From Tubiluchus corallicola (Eukaryota; Animalia; Priapulida): a DNA stretch of 13,133 nucleotides. The stretch is from contig JAQGDQ010001205.1 in NCBI GenBank assembly GCA_030141605.1, positions 1 to 13,133 on the forward strand, written 5' to 3'. A program made the position numbers and the translations under genes. The notes below the pieces were generated by a model. The model did not search any database and was not told the DNA's origin. It saw nothing but the letters and a program-made list of their open reading frames with translations. Positions 9,304-13,133 of the stretch are shown here, piece after piece (the first letter of the stretch is position 1; the number at the start of each line of letters is the position of its first letter).

Positions 9304-11834
9304 CTATTAAAAATTGAACGGTAAACTAATGAAATGTTATCCCACTGATAGAAAAGTATGTAAAAATAAATTCACTTTAGTACAAACAACAATACCATAG
9401 CACCAGACATGAAGGCCTTGCGGTCGTGCCACGGATCATCCCAGTTAACGTACTCCATTAGAACAGATTCATAAAGAGCTCCACTGGGATCTAGAAAACC
9501 CCCTTTTCTCATGAGCGTTGGTAGCACATGAGTTCTAATCGTCTCTGCAGTAACATTTTGCCAATGTATTTCTGCAAATCCAGCTGCAATAACGTATTAA
9601 TTGTAAGTTTCATTTTGACTACAAAATGAATTTAAATGACAAAAAAATTCTGTGAAAGAAGCTTTTGTCAACATATGTAGCAACATAAACCAAACTCCTT
9701 TAAGTGGCACAAACACTTTATTATTGACTGTCTTTTCTGTACACTACGTTGTGACTGCTAGATTAAAAACTGCAAAAGCTCAAATCAGTTGAAACTATTT
9801 AATTTCCATTTGATTTGATTTCATTTGTTTCATTTTATCCTGGCATCTCTGCAAAGATCATCCTGGATGTACTAAAGATCATCTTTGATGTACTAAAGAT
9901 CATCTTGGATGTACTAAAGATCATCTTTGATGTACTAAAAATCATCTTTGATGTACTAAAGATCATCCTGGATGTACTAAAGATCATCTTTGATGTACTA
10001 AAGATCATCCTGGATGTACTAAAGATCATCCTGGATGTACTAAAGATCATCTTTGATGTACTAAAGATCATAAGTATTTTATTGTAAGCAATTAGTTCTT
10101 TGGTATGTCATTTTGTAATTATTGTTTCGTATCATTGAATGTACATTGCTTTTTGTGAGAAATAAATCTAAATACGTAGTAATTAGCGTACCACAAGTAT
10201 AATTTTGAATGGGTATTGCGTTAAGTACTGGGTACAGGCTTAAGAGGCGTTTATGAATGCGGATCCGGATGCGTTTCAACCTGTGGAACAGCTGCGGAAG
10301 GGCCTACGGAAAAAAATCTAGAGGAAAAGCTGCAGAAAAAGAATTACGCATACGCAGGCTGCGTAAAAGGGTGCATTGAAAACAGTATTAATCGTCTGAT
10401 CCGCCTCCTCCAAAACGCATCCGCGTCCGCACGCCACACAAACGCCACTGAGGGCTTGCAGTACGTGCCAAACTGCCTGCGAAACCAACTTGTAACAAAT
10501 TTCATCCGAAAGAAACGTTCAGAAGCCTTTGAAACACTGATGAATGTATGGATGACCTATAAAACTTGTTGAAAAAAAGAAAAAAACTAGAAAATAAGAT
10601 AAAAGCCGAAAAGTCCAAGAATTTCATTTTTGCCTTACGCATTAGAGAAACTCCTTCGTCTTTATTAGCTCCTGTTATGAATGGCTTTTTGAGTATTTTT
10701 CCCGAGGCTAAAACTTTTTTAGGTTCATCTTCAAGATAATAGCCATCTACTACTGGTCCAAATGCAGCCGCCCAGTCTCCTGTCTGCCAAAAGTGTAACG
10801 TACATTAATAATTCTGAAAATGTAAGAAATGATCATTTGTTCGCCGTTTTACTTTGCTGATTTCATTAAGCGAGGTAAGGTAAGGTAAGGTAAGGTAAGG
10901 TAAGGTAAAAGTACGGTAAGATAAGATGAGATGAGATGAGATGAGATGAGATGAGATGAGATGAGATGAGATGAGATGAGATGAGATGAGATGAGATGAG
11001 ATGAGATGAGATGGGATGGGATGGGATGGGTTGGGGTGGGGTCGGGACGGGACAGGACAGGACAAGACAGGTACGGTTTGTTCCATCCATGTTAACATCA
11101 CCAGACATTGATAAACTGAATGGTAATTCAATGGAAGACAAACGCCCACATAGAAGACACAGAACACGTTAAATTTTGCGTTTCGGCCCTTTATCAGCAA
11201 TTTTCAGAAACAACAAGGCAAATAATAATTCAGAGATTTTAGTCCAATTTGCATATACATACATTGTTTGCAAATTGGACCAAAAACTGTAGTTTCTGAG
11301 AAGATATTGTTGAATAAAGCGCCGAAAAGTGAAACTTTAGCCGTGTCTACGTGTTCTATGTGGGCTTTTGCTCTATTTTGCACGCTAAACGTTTGTATTA
11401 CTTATTACCATCAACATTTTTCTCTGCAATTACAACATCTAGCCTAATAACCGCTTTACTTACATCAATGCTGGCTTTATTAAGTTCAAAAGGTGGTATC
11501 TTTCGCAAACATTCTACCATGTCGTGATGAGGTCTATCGGGACAGTCGAGTACCTCCGCCAGTCTTTCTGCATATTTCAACGGTTCCGGATTAAACGCCC
11601 AAATTGCGGCTGCGCTTCCGCTCTCTGCAATTCCATAGTGAAACAGATGTTGAGCTAAGGGACTTAACGTGTGCAGTGAAACCGAGGCAGCTCCCGCACT
11701 TTCGCCAAACACTGTGACACGATTGGGGTCTCCATTGAAGTACTCAATGTGATCTCGTACCCATCTCAAAGATTGCACCTGATCAAGTAAACCATAATTG
11801 CCTCTAGCTGCTTCGTCACCAGTACTGAGGAATC
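2029..11834 (-). CDS. Multi-exon type-B carboxylesterase / cholinesterase-family (alpha/beta hydrolase) gene with C-terminal transmembrane anchor; 5'-partial (7 exons in window, about 458 aa)
   Basis: Manual splicing of 7 exons (371+145+188+124+181+165+202 nt) via GT..AG introns (phases 0,1,0,1,2,2) gives one open frame with family motifs in the expected order: [73 protein letters not shown], then a hydrophobic helix and TAA. Confidence 0.95.
3203..3402. repeat. (GA)n microsatellite
   Basis: About 200 bp, interrupted in the middle; explains track ORF 3198-3416. Confidence 0.98.
3601..4066. repeat. 30-bp minisatellite (about 15 diverged monomers) with 180-bp higher-order periodicity
   Basis: Monomer like gcaccacaagatgttgcatgcagtggtggt; 3731-3760 is identical to 3911-3940, and 3701-3850 parallels 3881-4030 monomer by monomer. 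Confidence 0.93.
4271..4473. repeat. (TA)n / (CATA)n microsatellites (4271-4310 and 4353-4473)
   Basis: Direct inspection; source of the Y/I-rich ORFs in the track. Confidence 0.96.
4311..4350 (-). mobile_element. Possible RTE-clade LINE (or partner SINE) extreme 3' end remnant
   Basis: Minus strand reads ggcgaccccgaatagagaaaagctgggaagaagaaga, resembling the GGCGACCCC...(GAA)n 3' terminus of RTE/Rex3-type elements; very short. Confidence 0.35.
4474..4852 (-). mobile_element. 5'-truncated CR1/L2-group LINE 3' end (ORF2 C-terminus, 3' UTR, AATAAA, simple-repeat tail)
   Basis: Minus strand translates [25 protein letters not shown]..., matching the WNxLP...S...FK..LK motif of CR1/L2 ORF2; stop at 4687-4685; AATAAA at 4482-4477 directly followed by (TA)n. 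Confidence 0.8.
4883..5047 (-). CDS. Carboxylesterase exon ending the esterase domain
   Basis: Acceptor ctctgtAG|G, donor CAC|GTAAGT; [54 protein letters not shown](T); 165 nt, phase 2 to 2; W..Y, YLEI and YWN motifs. Confidence 0.92.
5057..5641. mobile_element. Non-autonomous DNA transposon, Kolobok-like (TTAA flanks, AGG...CCT termini)
   Basis: TTAA|AGGAAGAC at 5057 and ATGTTCCT|TTAA ending at 5641; weak subterminal inverted similarity; right end recurs at 7297-7414. Confidence 0.6.
5765..6232. repeat. Degenerate (TCAG/TTAG)n tetranucleotide tract followed by (CAAA)n
   Basis: Repeated agtc/agtt/ggtc units 5765-6145, acaa units about 6180-6232. Confidence 0.85.
6316..6496 (-). CDS. Carboxylesterase exon with catalytic His (PHGAEL) and WTNFAKYG motif
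   Basis: Acceptor tatttcAG|TA, donor TGG|GTGAGC; (L)[59 protein letters not shown](G); 181 nt, phase 1 to 2. Confidence 0.94.
7297..7414. mobile_element. Second diverged copy of the right end of the Kolobok-like element
   Basis: tgtggtaataattctttc..gtaagtcatttttgaaa..aaagagtagattgttttgac.tacagtttaa.attgggtc..ctttaa aligns by eye with 5525-5641; both end in CT|TTAA. Confidence 0.75.
7514..7637 (-). CDS. Carboxylesterase internal exon
   Basis: Acceptor gttttacAG|GCT, donor AACT|GTAAGT; [41 protein letters not shown]; 124 nt, phase 0 to 1; YxYxF motif. Confidence 0.9.
8420..8645 (+). mobile_element. tRNA-derived SINE, probably with a Meta/MESC-type central domain
   Basis: Pol III A-box-like ttgtgtagtgg (8427-8437) and B-box gagttcgatacc (8469-8480) at tRNA spacing, then tcataccaaaaactttaaaaatggtatctgctg..gcttgg..gcaattaggg resembling the MetaSINE core; ends in an (ATT)n tail. 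Confidence 0.75.
8645..9308. repeat. Compound (ATT)n/(GTT)n microsatellite, about 660 bp
   Basis: Direct inspection; recurring interruption blocks (atattatcactttattact at about 8656 and 8789; atattattgttattgtt four times); source of the poly-L/I/Y ORFs. Confidence 0.98.
9396..9583 (-). CDS. Carboxylesterase internal exon
   Basis: Acceptor ttattgcAG|CT, donor ATG|GTATTG; (P)[62 protein letters not shown]; 188 nt, phase 1 to 0; EY.NW.DP motif typical of the family. Confidence 0.88.
9853..10071. repeat. 21-bp minisatellite, 10 full copies plus a partial
   Basis: Unit aaagatcatc(ctg/ttt/ttg)gatgtact; near-identical copies at exact 21-bp spacing. Confidence 0.98.
10241..10451. mobile_element. 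MITE with imperfect terminal inverted repeats (possibly PIF/Harbinger-like)
   Basis: Left taa-gaggcgtttatgaatgcggatccggatgcgttt versus reverse complement of right tca-gtggcgtttgtgtggcgtgcggacgcggatgcgttt; flanks TAA/TGA could be a decayed 3-bp target duplication. Confidence 0.6.
10639..10783 (-). CDS. Carboxylesterase exon with catalytic Glu (GANKDEG)
   Basis: Acceptor cttttggcAG|ACA, donor ATGC|GTAAGG; [48 protein letters not shown]; 145 nt, phase 0 to 1. Confidence 0.94.
10873..11071. repeat. Compound pentanucleotide microsatellite (AGGTA > AGATG > GGATG > GGACA)
   Basis: Direct inspection; the 5-bp period is kept while the unit changes. Confidence 0.97.
11139..11370. mobile_element. Palindromic MITE / foldback element
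   Basis: gcccacatagaa at 11144 mirrored by ttctatgtgggc ending at 11365; inverted similarity continues inward (tttcggc, cttta, tcagaaac) with inner hairpin gtccaatttgca...tgcaaattggac. Confidence 0.8.
11464..11834 (-). CDS. Carboxylesterase exon with catalytic Ser (GESAG)
   Basis: Acceptor ttttcacAG|GA, donor GAT|GTAAGT. Translates (G)[74 protein letters not shown]...[27 protein letters not shown]. Overlaps track ORF 11398-11778, whose last residues are intronic. Confidence 0.96.
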
Positions 11835-11839
11835 CTGTG

Positions 11840-13133
11840 AAAATATGTCCAAATTACTGTAATGGTTCTACTACTTCAGGTGCTTATTTCCAATGTAAAA
11901 TATGTCCAAATTACTGTAATGATTCTACTACTTCAGGTGCTTATTTCCAGTGTAAAATATGTTCAAATTACTGTAATGATTCTACTACTTCAGGTGCTTA
12001 TTTCCAATGTAAAATATGTCCAAATTATTGTAATGATTCTACTACTTCAGTTGCTTATTTTCAATGTAAAATATGACCAGATTACTGTAACGGTTTTACT
12101 ACTTCAACTGCTTATTTCCAATGTAAAATACGACCAGATTACTGTAATGGTTTTATTACTTCAACTGCTTATTTCCAATGTAAAATATGTCCAAATTACT
12201 GTAATGATTCTACTACTTCAGGTGCTTATTTCCAATGTAAAATATGTCCAAATTACTGTAATGATTCTACTACTTCAGTTGCTTATTTCCAATGTAAAAT
12301 ATGACAGATTACTGTAATTTTACTACTAACTCTTATTTCAATGTAAAAAACCGATTACTGTAATGGTTTTATTATCACTGCTTATTTGTAAAATATGTCC
12401 AAATTACTGTATGATTCTACTACTTCAGGTGCTTATTTCAATGTAAAATAGTCCAAATTACTGTAATGATTCTACTACTTAGCTGCTTATTTCCAATGTA
12501 AAATACATTACTGTAATGATCTACTACTTGGTGCTATTTCATTAAATATGTCCAAATTACTGTAATGATTCTACTACCAGGTGCTTATCAAAGTAAAATA
12601 TGACAGAATACTACAACGGTTTTACTACTTAGCTGCTATTTCTGTAAAATATGTCCAAATTATTGTAATGATTCTACTACTTCAGTTGCTTATTTCCAAT
12701 GTAAAATATGTCCAAATTACTGTAATGATTCTACTACTTCAGCTGCTTATTTCCAATGTAAAAAATGTCCAAATTACTGTAATGGTTCTACTACTTCAGC
12801 TGCTTATTTCCAATGTAAAAAATGTCCAAATTACTGTAATGATTCTACTACTTCAGCTGCTTATTTCCAATGTAAAAAATGTCCAAATTACTGTAATGAT
12901 TCTACTACTTCAGCTGCTTATTTCCAATGTAAAAAATGTCCAAATTACTGTAATGGTTCTACTACTTTAGGTACTTATTTCCAATGTAAAATATGTCCAA
13001 ATTACTGTAATGGTCCTAGTACTTCAGCTCCTTATTTCCAATGTAAAATATGTCCAAATTACTGTAATGATTCTCCTACTTCAGGTGCTTATTTCCAATG
13101 TAAAATATGTCCAAATTACTGTAATGGTTCTAC
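11840..13133. repeat. 57-bp intronic tandem repeat, about 23 copies, running off the window end
   Basis: Unit aaaatatgtccaaattactgtaatgattctactacttcaggtgcttatttccaatgt; starts immediately beside the splice acceptor at 11835-11836. Confidence 0.98.

Noticed and set aside
8589-9324. Poly-Leu/Ile/Tyr ORFs
   Set aside because: Translations of the (ATT)n microsatellite.
9815-11200. ORFs over the 21-bp and pentamer repeats
   Set aside because: Periodic low-complexity translations within introns.
11398-11463. C-terminus [21 protein letters not shown] of the track ORF as the true protein end
   Set aside because: A perfect GAT|GTAAGT donor at 11464/11463 splices in frame to downstream exons carrying the catalytic Glu and His.
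2029-11834. Naming the gene acetylcholinesterase or neuroligin
   Set aside because: Diagnostic N-terminal residues are outside the window; AChE-type WMGV.HG and VICP motifs are not matched; the intact Ser and short tail argue against neuroligin.
11798-12970. Cys-repeat ORF ([19 protein letters not shown])n and hydrophobic repeat ORFs
   Set aside because: Artefacts of the 57-bp tandem unit, antisense to and inside an intron, broken by stops and frameshifts.

Overview
AT-rich eukaryotic (animal, probably invertebrate) genomic DNA, not prokaryotic. The window holds the 3' seven coding exons of a minus-strand, intron-containing type-B carboxylesterase/cholinesterase-family gene (exons 11834-11464, 10783-10639, 9583-9396, 7637-7514, 6496-6316, 5047-4883, 2230-2029). 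All introns are GT..AG and phase-compatible, giving about 458 aa here; the N-terminal exons lie beyond the right edge. The spliced protein keeps the full catalytic triad (GESAG Ser, NKDEG Glu, PHGAEL His) and ends in a transmembrane helix with a short cytoplasmic tail. That is a neuroligin-like topology on an apparently active hydrolase. Introns and the 3' flank are packed with repeats: 88-, 57-, 30- and 21-bp tandem arrays, several microsatellites, a tRNA-derived SINE, LINE 3' remnants, a TTAA-flanked Kolobok-like element and palindromic MITEs. The 88-bp satellite appears to have arisen inside one arm of a foldback element. Most ORFs in the supplied track are repeat artefacts. All calls are from reading the sequence by eye; no database searches were run.
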